NCBI GenBank assembly: GCA_964384235.1
Contig: CAYLJX010000004.1
Location: 81,916-132,302 of the forward strand
Origin: an uncultured Bdellovibrionales bacterium
Lineage (GTDB): Bacteria > Patescibacteriota > Minisyncoccia > Moranbacterales > UBA1568
DNA length: 50,387 nucleotides
Reading direction: 5' to 3'
The translations under genes were made by a program, and so were the position numbers. The notes below the pieces were generated by a model. That model was not told where the DNA came from and searched no databases. It worked only from the letters and a program-made list of their open reading frames with translations. Shown piece after piece: positions 1 through 7,170 of the stretch. Numbering within the stretch: position 1 is the first letter of the stretch; each line of letters starts with the position of its first letter.

Positions 1-61
1 ATTTTTTCGGCATGAGAGAGAAAAGACCCATAGCATTTTGAAAATGTTTATGACGATCCTA

Positions 62-910
62 TTATATCACCTTCGGGATCACGATCATCACCTTGCGCGG
101 ATCCTTGTCCGGCAGGTGGTCGCCCGTGAGATAATCCCCTATGGCGTCGAGGAGCACCGTTTCCGGATAGCGATACCCTGCTCCGCGGCGCGTGCCGGGA
201 TCGTTCGTCACGAACTCTCTCTTCTCCTCGTCATATCCCGTGACGACGAGCATGTGCCGCGTCGGTCCCGGCGGGACGAAATTCGGATTCTTCAGCTTCC
301 TCCCGTCGGCCGGCACGATGACGATGCTCCCTTGCGCAAGGGCGTTTCGGATATGATCAGCCGTGATATCGAAGAAAATATCCCCGTCCTCCGTCTTGTA
401 GTATTCCTGGAACAGCTTGAGCGTGTCCGTGGCCGACGTGTCGATCGCCACACCGAAACGTTTCTCCTCAAACGCCTCCATCTCGCCGATCTCCTCCTTG
501 GCGATCTGAGGCGAGAGCGGCTCACCGCTTCGCCAGTGCTCCGCCATGAGGATCGACGCTTCCTCGCAGGCGTTCTGGAAGTGCGGATCACTCCACTCCC
601 CGAAGGGTGCCTGTACCGTAAACGGCACATCAGATATGAATACGGATCCCGTGGGTTTCGGAGAATCGGTGATTTCTTTTTCAGCCGTGTCTCTGCCCGG
701 TTCCTCGCCCGGTACCGGTCGCTCCTCATTCACGAGAGGTGTCATTTCTTCGAAAGCATCTCCCTGGGGAATCTCCGGAATGGAACGGACGTCCTCTCCC
801 CTCCCCCAGAAAAACACCACCACGAACACCCCCGCTCCCAAGGCCAGAAGCGTGAAAAGGAAAAAAATGATTTTTCCCAGTACGCGAAACATAGGGTTGT
901 ATTCTAGCAC
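62..910 (-). CDS. Membrane-anchored C39-like (papain-fold) cysteine peptidase domain protein
   Basis: 282-aa ORF. N-terminal hydrophobic helix (IIFFLFTLLALGAGVFVVVFF). Then 'VQAPFGEW..FQNACEEASILMAEHW' (Gln/Cys motif) and later 'RHMLVVTGYDE..TNDPG' (His/Asp), the order seen in Peptidase_C39-like domains. Start is GTG 910 or ATG 892. Confidence 0.55.
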   Translation of the reverse strand: MLEYNPMFRVLGKIIFFLFTLLALGAGVFVVVFFWGRGEDVRSIPEIPQGDAFEEMTPLVNEERPVPGEEPGRDTAEKEITDSPKPTGSVFISDVPFTVQAPFGEWSDPHFQNACEEASILMAEHWRSGEPLSPQIAKEEIGEMEAFEEKRFGVAIDTSATDTLKLFQEYYKTEDGDIFFDITADHIRNALAQGSIVIVPADGRKLKNPNFVPPGPTRHMLVVTGYDEEKREFVTNDPGTRRGAGYRYPETVLLDAIGDYLTGDHLPDKDPRKVMIVIPKVI

Positions 911-964
911 AAGGGCTCACCACAAAGAATATCCGTTGAGATGAGTCTTCTGTGCTAGGCCGTG

Positions 965-1672
965 CTACGCTTCGCGCATGAGCACTTCTTCGACGTTCGG
1001 CAGGAAAAACTGGGCGATCGCGCGGGTTTCCTCGGCATCGAAACCGCTGAATTCCCGATAGTTCGGATCGAGCGTGATACCGGAGCGGAAGGTCTGAAGA
1101 TACAGCCGCTTCGCCCCATGGAGGGTGTCGCGCATCATTTCGAGAATCTCCGGTGTGTGTACCTCGCGGATGAGCGTAGTGCGGAACTCGTAGTCCACCG
1201 GTTCTCCCTTGAGGAATTCCACGCTCTCCCGGATACGCATGCTGTCCGCCCAGTGTCCCGCAAGCCGCTTGTAGTCCGGGAGGCTCGTCTTGAAATCCAT
1301 CGCCACGTAGTCGACGAGCCCCTTGTCCACAAGCGTCCGCAGGACATCGGGTTTGTTGCCGTTGGTATCGAGCTTCACCTTGAATCCCATCTCCCGTACC
1401 TTCACGATGAAATCTTCCAAACCACGCATGATGGTCGGCTCGCCGCCGGTGATGACGACGCCCTGGAGCATACCTCGCCGTTTCTCGAGAAAGTTGAGCA
1501 CCGTCTCTTCCGGGATGAAGCTCGATTTCAGCTTGGCGAGCTCTTCCGGCAGGACGAACTCGGGATTATGACAGAAACCGCAGCGGTAGTTGCACCCGCC
1601 CGTAAACACGATGCACGCGGTGTGCCCCGGAAAATCGAGCAGGGTGAACTTTTGGATACCGCTGATGATCAT
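965..1672 (-). CDS. nrdG: Anaerobic ribonucleoside-triphosphate reductase activating protein (radical SAM)
   Basis: 235-aa ORF with the N-terminal radical-SAM cluster motif 'CNYRCGFCHNP'. Lies directly downstream of the nrdD pieces on the same strand. Confidence 0.88.
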   Translation of the reverse strand: MIISGIQKFTLLDFPGHTACIVFTGGCNYRCGFCHNPEFVLPEELAKLKSSFIPEETVLNFLEKRRGMLQGVVITGGEPTIMRGLEDFIVKVREMGFKVKLDTNGNKPDVLRTLVDKGLVDYVAMDFKTSLPDYKRLAGHWADSMRIRESVEFLKGEPVDYEFRTTLIREVHTPEILEMMRDTLHGAKRLYLQTFRSGITLDPNYREFSGFDAEETRAIAQFFLPNVEEVLMREA

Positions 1673-1689
1673 CGTACGAGGTGAAATGA

Positions 1690-1953
1690 TTAGCAGGCTG
1701 AAAGCTCATACTTCTTGCAGAAATCATGGTTGGCCGCGACAGTCTCCTGGAAGTGCTTGCGGGAATAGTGCTCGGATTTCTTGCCGATATTGAAGTGGGA
1801 GACCGGGCGGTGATACCCCATCACGCGGGTCCAGACCTCGCAGCGCGTCCTCCCGCCCGCATCGTTTCCCGAAGCGTTTCGGACAGGCTTCTCCTCCATT
1901 TTCCCCATCACTCCCTTTTCTTCCCCCTTTACCCCTTTTTCCTCGTGCGACAT
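1690..1953 (-). CDS. Stand-alone glycyl-radical loop module of class III RNR (NrdD C-terminal fragment encoded as a separate ORF)
   Basis: 87-aa ORF. 'TRCEVWTRVMGYHRPVSHFNIGKKSEHYSRKHF' matches the NrdD radical loop (compare E. coli TRRVCGYLGSPDARPFNAGKQEEVKRRVKH). The N-terminal ~35 aa are K/E/G low-complexity. It is in a different frame from nrdD, with an in-frame TAA at 1972-1974. Internal ATGs (M16, M19) behind an AAGGGAG-like purine run could be the real start. Confidence 0.7.
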   Translation of the reverse strand: MSHEEKGVKGEEKGVMGKMEEKPVRNASGNDAGGRTRCEVWTRVMGYHRPVSHFNIGKKSEHYSRKHFQETVAANHDFCKKYELSAC

Positions 1954-2044
1954 ATTTTTTGTCGTTACGTATTACTTTTTAATCTCGCTTTTCTTTCTTC
2001 TATTGGATCCCCGCCTTCGCGAGGATGATCCTTCTTTGGTAGGA

Positions 2045-4162
2045 TCACTTGGCGGCCGCCTGACTCGCATAGATCTTGCGCGTTTCCTGGTCATAGCGCT
2101 CCCCGTCGACGATGTCGAGCTCTTTGTCGCATTTCGGACAGAAATCGTGTTCACCGGCGAGGTAGCCGTGCTTGGGACAGATCGAGAAGGTCGGCGTGAT
2201 GGTGATATACGGCAGACGGAAATTGGAGAGAACGCTCCGCACCAGGCTGCGACAAGCCGTACCGGAACTGACCTTTTCGTTCATGTAGCAGTGGAGCACC
2301 GTGCCGCCGGTATACTTGGTCTGGAGTTTGTCCTGGAGCTCGAGCACCTCGAAGACATCGTCCGTGTATCCCACCGGCACCTGCGAGGAATTGGTGTAGT
2401 ACGGAGCCGCGTCCGTCCCGGCCTGAAGGATCTCCGGGAAGCGCTTCTTGTCTTCCTTGGCGAAACGGTAGGTCGTCCCCTCGGCCGGCGTCGCCTCGAG
2501 ATTGTAGAAGTTATTGGTCTCTTCCTGATAGTCCTTGATCTTTTCCCTCATGAAGTCGAGCACTTCTTCGGCGAACCGCTGCCCCCACTCGGTAGTGATG
2601 TTTTCCTTGTCGTCCGTGAAGTTCCGGATGGCTTCGTTGAGACCGTTGATACCGATCGTGGAGAAATGGTTCTTGAGGTACCCGAGGTAGCGTTTGGTGT
2701 ACGGGAAGAGGCCGCGGTCGATCCACTGCTGGATGGTCTTACGCTTGAGCTCGAGGGACGTCTTGGCCAGCTCCATGAGATAACCGACGCGCTCGAGGAA
2801 CTTTTCCTTGTCCCCCTTGGCGAGATGCCCGATGCGTGCCGCATTGATCGTGACGACACCGATCGATCCGGTCATCTCCGCCGACCCGAAGAGTCCGCCG
2901 CCGCGCTTGCGCAGTTCGCGGAGATCGAGTTGCAACCGGCAGCACATGGAGCGTACGTCGCCGGGATTGAGGTCGGAGTTGATGAAGTTCTGGAAATACG
3001 GCGTCCCATACTTGGCCGTCATCTCGAAGAGCGGGAGGTTCTTCGTATCTTCCCAATCGAAGTCCTTGCCGATGTTGTAGGTCGGGATGGGAAAGGTGAA
3101 AGTACGGCCGCGCGCGTCACCACGACTCATGATCTCGATGAAGGCGCGGTTGATGATGTCCATCTCGTTCTGGAGTTCGCCGTAGGTGTAGGCGAAGGGT
3201 TCGCCGCCGAGGAGAAGCCGCTTCTCGCGCATATCCGCCGGACAGTCCCAGTCGAGAGTGATGTTGGTGAAGGGAGTCTGCGTCCCCCAGCGCGACGGGA
3301 TGTTGAGGTTGAAGACGAACGACTGGATGTTCTGGTAGACGTACTCGTACACTTTGTCCGTGACATACTTCTCCTTGGCCTCTTCGGAAACAAAGATGAC
3401 CGCATACTTTTCGATATCGTCACGCAGTTCCAATTCGTATTTCTTCACGAAAGGCGCGAGATAGGTGTCGAAGCTCGAGAAGGCCTGAGCACCCGCCCAC
3501 TCGTTCTGGAGCGTCCCGAGAAAATTGACCATCTGCGAGACCGCCGAGGAGAGGTGCTTGGGCGGAGCGGACTCCACCTTGTTGGGCACGCCGTTGAAGC
3601 CTTCCTCGAGGAGCACCCGGAGACTCCAGCCGGCGCAGTAGCCGGAGAACATGTCGAGATCGTGGATGTGGTAGTCACCGTTCCGATGCGCGTCGCCCAC
3701 CGCTTTGGGATAGATGTGCGAGAGCCAGTAGTTGGCGATGACGCCGCCGGCGGTGTTGAGGATGAGGCCGCCGAGGGAGTAACCTTGGTTGGAGTTGGCA
3801 TTGACGCGCCAGTCGAGTTTTTCGAGGTACTCGCGCACCGCCTTCTCCACTTCCACCACCACGTTCTTGTCCTCGCGCACTTCGCGGCGCTTCTCACGGT
3901 AGAGGATGTAGGCCTTGGCGATATCGGCGTAGTCGTAGCGGATGAGCGTCTCCTCGACCTGGTCCTGGACCTGCTCGACCGTCGGGATCTTGTCTTTGAA
4001 GGCGGTTTCCAATTCATTGAGGACATCCTCGGCCAGCACGCGGGCTGTCACGGCATCCTTCTTCTCGACCGCCTCGGCCGCCTTCTCGATGGCTGTCTCG
4101 ATTTTTCCGAGGTCGAAGTCGACGATGCTGCCGTTGCGTTTCTGGATCTTGCAGATGGGCAT
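2045..4162 (-). CDS. nrdD: Anaerobic ribonucleoside-triphosphate reductase, large piece (ATP-cone + barrel + Zn site, lacking the glycyl-radical loop)
   Basis: 705-aa ORF. N-terminal ATP-cone (MPICKIQKRNGSIVDFDLGKIETAIEKA), class III RNR core, C-terminal 'CPKH-x11-CPKC' zinc site. Terminates 25 aa later without an RVxGY motif. Confidence 0.92.
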   Translation of the reverse strand: MPICKIQKRNGSIVDFDLGKIETAIEKAAEAVEKKDAVTARVLAEDVLNELETAFKDKIPTVEQVQDQVEETLIRYDYADIAKAYILYREKRREVREDKNVVVEVEKAVREYLEKLDWRVNANSNQGYSLGGLILNTAGGVIANYWLSHIYPKAVGDAHRNGDYHIHDLDMFSGYCAGWSLRVLLEEGFNGVPNKVESAPPKHLSSAVSQMVNFLGTLQNEWAGAQAFSSFDTYLAPFVKKYELELRDDIEKYAVIFVSEEAKEKYVTDKVYEYVYQNIQSFVFNLNIPSRWGTQTPFTNITLDWDCPADMREKRLLLGGEPFAYTYGELQNEMDIINRAFIEIMSRGDARGRTFTFPIPTYNIGKDFDWEDTKNLPLFEMTAKYGTPYFQNFINSDLNPGDVRSMCCRLQLDLRELRKRGGGLFGSAEMTGSIGVVTINAARIGHLAKGDKEKFLERVGYLMELAKTSLELKRKTIQQWIDRGLFPYTKRYLGYLKNHFSTIGINGLNEAIRNFTDDKENITTEWGQRFAEEVLDFMREKIKDYQEETNNFYNLEATPAEGTTYRFAKEDKKRFPEILQAGTDAAPYYTNSSQVPVGYTDDVFEVLELQDKLQTKYTGGTVLHCYMNEKVSSGTACRSLVRSVLSNFRLPYITITPTFSICPKHGYLAGEHDFCPKCDKELDIVDGERYDQETRKIYASQAAAK

Positions 4163-4235
4163 AGACTTGTATCACGTATTATGTATTAAGTATCAGGTCC
4201 CGGCGTTTTTTGCTTGCATAGATATAAACACGGGA

Positions 4236-4265
4236 AAATAAAAAAGGTGTCGTCACGACACCTTT
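4236..4265 (-). terminator. Rho-independent terminator after the sigma-factor gene
   Basis: Minus strand reads AAAGGTGTCGTGACGACACCTTTTTTATTTT: a GC-rich hairpin followed by a U-run. Confidence 0.7.
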
Positions 4266-4294
4266 GGGCACCATATATGGTATATTTCTTCTTT

Positions 4295-5368
4295 TCAACT
4301 TCCTTCGAGGCTTTTCTTGAGCTTCTTTCTGGCGCGGCTGAGGGAGAGTTTGACGGCGTTTTCGCTCTTCCCGAGCATCGAGGCGATTTCCTGGAGGGAA
4401 AAGCCCTCCCGGTACTTCAGAGACAACATCTTCCGCTCGGATTCATTCAAAACAGGCGCCTCCCAAAGGAAGCTTGCCGGGGAAAGATCATACCCCGATT
4501 CCACCTCGTAGACCTCGTTTTCCAGGAAGAGAGGCTGTTTCTTACGGAAGTGATTAAGGAGGACACTGTGCGCCACCCGCTGCAGGTAGGTGCCATACGA
4601 GGCATTGGAAGACTGGAAGCCGGACAGGTAACGGAACGCTCGATAAAAAGTGTCCTGCGCCAGATCCTCCGAAAGCTCCTCGTCGCACAGATGCCGCAGG
4701 AAGTGCCGCCTCACCTGGTGACGGTATTTCTCATAGAGTGCCTGAAACCGCTTCGGATCGGTCTGTGCCGCCAGGAGGAGTTCCCGATCATCCTCACGCG
4801 AGCGGAACCGCTCCTTGGTCGGCTCCACGAGATCCTCATGGAGAATATCCGCAAGCGTTCGGATTTCAGCGGAATCGGTCGACTCACGCGTCCCGATCGC
4901 CCGAAGCAGCCAGTTTCGCCGTTCTGTTTCAGTAGCCCGCCTCCCGCCGAAAACATGCCTGAATTCATTCGTGAAACGCTCCCGATCGTCCTCCCGTACC
5001 AGATGCCCTACCTGCAGAGCGATGAAGTATCCGATTCCGCCCTGCTTGTCCGCAATCGGAGCGACCGCGAGGAACTCCGGGTATCGTTTCTTGTCTTTGC
5101 GCGCGTTGGTGATCGGGGAAACGAACGGTTCCCGCCGTTCCTCGATGGTCTCCCAAAAAGCGTCATAGAACGCCCGGGGCATGTGCCCGCCCCAGAGTTT
5201 CCCCGGCGCCTTGCCGACCACTTCTCCGAGCGAAAATCCCGTCCGTCTCTCCACGGCGCCATTGGCATAGAGCGCCGTCCCGACGGAGTCCGTCAACAAA
5301 AAAACGCCCCCTGCGGTATCGAATGCCTGTTTAGTGAGAGTGGGGAGAGTAGTCATATTCTCCATCAT
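4295..5368 (-). CDS. PAS-domain fused RNA polymerase sigma-70 family (ECF-type) sigma factor
   Basis: 357-aa ORF. The N-terminal ~120 aa look PAS-like (LYANGAVERRTGFSLGEVVGK..PGKLWGG..). The C-terminal half has sigma region 2 (DLAQDTFYRAFRYLSGF) and region 4 HTH (ESERKMLSLKYREGFSLQEIASMLGKSENAVKLSLSRARKKLK). Confidence 0.8.
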   Translation of the reverse strand: MMENMTTLPTLTKQAFDTAGGVFLLTDSVGTALYANGAVERRTGFSLGEVVGKAPGKLWGGHMPRAFYDAFWETIEERREPFVSPITNARKDKKRYPEFLAVAPIADKQGGIGYFIALQVGHLVREDDRERFTNEFRHVFGGRRATETERRNWLLRAIGTRESTDSAEIRTLADILHEDLVEPTKERFRSREDDRELLLAAQTDPKRFQALYEKYRHQVRRHFLRHLCDEELSEDLAQDTFYRAFRYLSGFQSSNASYGTYLQRVAHSVLLNHFRKKQPLFLENEVYEVESGYDLSPASFLWEAPVLNESERKMLSLKYREGFSLQEIASMLGKSENAVKLSLSRARKKLKKSLEGS

Positions 5369-5431
5369 ACACTATCCCCTCTACGCAACTCAAAAATGAC
5401 TTTTTCTGGCCATTTCCTTGACCGAAAAGGA

Positions 5432-6205
5432 TCAGGGCGTAAGTGTCTCGTCCAAGAATTGGAGCGTTTTCTCCCAGGCGTCCGCCGTTTCCTCCGGCGC
5501 ATAATTGTCACCGCTCGGATTGGCAAAGGCATGCCCCACGCCGGGGTAGACATGGATCTCATTGGGGACGTCGGCCTGATCGAGACCGATCCGAAACTCT
5601 TCCACTTCCGCGACCGGGATCGACGTATCCTGATCGCCGAATATCCCAAGGACCGGCCAAGTGATACTCTCGAGTTCCGCCGGATCCGTTACCAGTTGCC
5701 CGTAATAGATGACCGTCGCATCAAGCGGCACACCGGAAAGAGCAAGTTGCAATGACTGCCCTCCTCCGAAGCACCAGCCGAGCGAGCCGACCGCCGGCGC
5801 ATCCATATCCAGGAGAAACTGCACCGCGGCTGCCAGATTGTCCGACGCTTCTCCTTGATCGATCGATCCGGAGAGTTCCCGGGCCCGCTCCGGCGCCGTC
5901 GCGACCTCGCCGCGGTAGAGATCGACCGCCAGGACCTGGTACCCCTCACCGGCCAACCGATCGGCAGCCGCCTTGATATTGTCATTGAGACCCCACCACT
6001 CGTGGATCATGACGACCCCCGGACGGCTCTCCGAGCTCCTGGGACGGACGAAGTATCCTTTGGCGGAAGGGAAGTACTCGACATTATCCCGTGAAACCAC
6101 CTGGTATTTCACTTCCTGCGCGTTGGCCGGCGCGACACCGAAAACCGCCCCTCCGACAAGAAGGGTGCTTGCCCCCACAATAATCATAAAGAAAAGATGT
6201 CTCAT
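5432..6205 (-). CDS. Secreted dienelactone hydrolase family protein
   Basis: Signal-like start MRHLFFMIIVGASTLLVGGAVFGVAPANA (ATG 6203-6205). 'PGVVMIHEWWGLNDNIK', nucleophile elbow 'GWCFGG', 'YPGVGHAF'. The longer GTG-started ORF to 6391 runs through a tRNA-like fragment and a terminator, so it was trimmed. Confidence 0.8.
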   Translation of the reverse strand: MRHLFFMIIVGASTLLVGGAVFGVAPANAQEVKYQVVSRDNVEYFPSAKGYFVRPRSSESRPGVVMIHEWWGLNDNIKAAADRLAGEGYQVLAVDLYRGEVATAPERARELSGSIDQGEASDNLAAAVQFLLDMDAPAVGSLGWCFGGGQSLQLALSGVPLDATVIYYGQLVTDPAELESITWPVLGIFGDQDTSIPVAEVEEFRIGLDQADVPNEIHVYPGVGHAFANPSGDNYAPEETADAWEKTLQFLDETLTP

Positions 6206-6298
6206 AGCGTCTATAAGAAATACATCTTTCCAAGAGACATGTTTCAGGGAAAAGAAAAAGTTACCTGCTTTCCGTTCGAATCCCGTTCCCATCACACA

Positions 6299-6329
6299 AA
6301 ACAAAAAGAAGGATCCTGGAATCCTTCTT
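6299..6329 (-). terminator. Rho-independent terminator after the tRNA-Asp 3' fragment copy
   Basis: Minus strand AAGAAGGATTCCAGGATCCTTCTTTTTGTTTTG: hairpin plus U-run. Same flanks as the terminator at 6468..6502, but with a different stem sequence. Confidence 0.7.
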
Positions 6330-6358
6330 TTGTTTAATGGGCGGGAGCGACGGGATTC
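6328..6358 (-). repeat. Direct 31-nt copy of the tRNA-Asp 3' end (T-loop half, T-stem 3' strand, acceptor 3' strand, trailer)
   Basis: ttttgtttaatgggcgggagcgacgggattc is identical at 6328..6358 and 6501..6531 (173-nt period). Confidence 0.9.
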
Positions 6359-6467
6359 CTCCTCCCCCCATCGCTTCGGCAGAGCCTCCACGGTTCCTCC
6401 GGAGCCTGGGTTTTCAAAAAGCCAAGCAGTTGGCTTTTTGAAATACCCTTCTCATCCGTCGTCTGAC

Positions 6468-6502
6468 ACAAAACAAAAGGAAAGGTCTTAAGGCCTTTCC
6501 TT
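6468..6502 (-). terminator. Rho-independent terminator after tRNA-Asp
   Basis: Minus strand AAGGAAAGGCCTTAAGACCTTTCCTTTTGTTTTG: 9-bp stem plus U-run. Confidence 0.75.
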
Positions 6503-6514
6503 TTGTTTAATGGG

Positions 6515-6588
6515 CGGGAGCGACGGGATTCGAACCCGCGACCTCGACAGTGACAGTGTCGCGCTCTAACCAGCTGAGCTACGCCCCC
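6515..6588 (-). tRNA. tRNA-Asp (anticodon GTC), CCA not encoded
   Basis: Folded by hand: GGGGGCG/CGCTCCC acceptor (one G-U), D arm GCTC..GAGC, anticodon stem CGACA/TGTCG with loop CTGTCAC, T arm GCGGG-TTCGAAT-CCCGT, discriminator G73. Confidence 0.9.
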
Positions 6589-6593
6589 ATGTT

Positions 6594-7010
6594 TTATTGC
6601 AAACGATCCTTTACCGCGTTCCGGAGCTTTTCGCGTACCGCTTCGACTCTTTTCGTTTTGTCGCTCGCGATGCTTCTCCAGGCTTCCAGGTATTCTCTCG
6701 CCAAATCCTTCATCAAGACTCCCTCGTTCATACCCTGGAGCACCTCCCATGAGACACCGCTTTCGCTTACCAGGGCCTCGAACGCGGCCTTCTCGTTACT
6801 CCCTTCTTCGAAACCATCCCCGAAACCGAAGGACTCCAAAACGGTCTTCTTCGGATCACCGGATTCGAGAGTGGTTTTCCGTGATACCTCTGAAGATCGC
6901 GATGTGTCCCGAAACGTCATTCTCCCTGCTTCCATCATTCCTCTCTTCAGAACTTCCGGGGCCGGTTTCTTTTGTTCTGGTTTTCCTGTCGCAGGTGTTT
7001 CAAATGGCAT
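6594..7010 (-). CDS. Hypothetical protein (138 aa) wedged between two tRNA genes
   Basis: ATG start 20 nt after tRNA-Met(CAT), behind a purine-rich GAGAGAAGAAAGAA. Stop lies 5 nt before tRNA-Asp. Charged, disordered-looking N-half and helical-looking C-half. No recognisable motif. Confidence 0.5.
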   Translation of the reverse strand: MPFETPATGKPEQKKPAPEVLKRGMMEAGRMTFRDTSRSSEVSRKTTLESGDPKKTVLESFGFGDGFEEGSNEKAAFEALVSESGVSWEVLQGMNEGVLMKDLAREYLEAWRSIASDKTKRVEAVREKLRNAVKDRLQ

Positions 7011-7030
7011 ATTCTTTCTTCTCTCGTTTG

Positions 7031-7104
7031 TAGCAGGGGCGAGACTCGAACTCGCGACCTCAGCGTTATGAGTGCTGCGTTCTAGCCAGCTGAACTACCC
7101 TGCC
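7031..7104 (-). tRNA. tRNA with CAT anticodon (elongator Met or Ile2/lysidine type), CCA not encoded
   Basis: GGCAGGG/CCCTGCT acceptor, D arm GTTC..GAAC, anticodon loop CTCATAA, T arm GCGAG-TTCGAGT-CTCGC, A73. Confidence 0.85.
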
Positions 7105-7170
7105 ATGAGTTTTCCAAAACAACACCAAAAAACAGCGTGAAACGCTTGTTCCACTATACCGAACCCCGAC

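Noticed and set aside
2003-4189. Long antisense ORFs opposite well-supported genes: 2003..4189 (+) vs nrdD, 13567..15204 (+) vs pyk, 20422..21693 (+) vs pilB, 30630..32039 (-) vs phosphomannomutase, 35285..36391 (+), 42344..43747 (+) vs rnj, 45808..47253 (+), 48083..49900 (+) vs rodA.
   Set aside because: They are R/G/D/E/L/V-rich with no motifs, and they sit exactly opposite ORFs that carry clear family signatures. This is the usual shadow-ORF effect of GC-rich coding sequence.
4163-4240. NrdR boxes or a B12 riboswitch upstream of nrdD.
   Set aside because: No convincing 16-bp NrdR-type palindrome pair or B12-box could be identified by eye in the AT-rich leader.
6206-6391. N-terminal extension of the dienelactone hydrolase ORF (GTG 6391).
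   Set aside because: The extension runs through the tRNA-Asp 3'-end copy and a terminator hairpin. A signal-peptide-like start at ATG 6205 fits the family.
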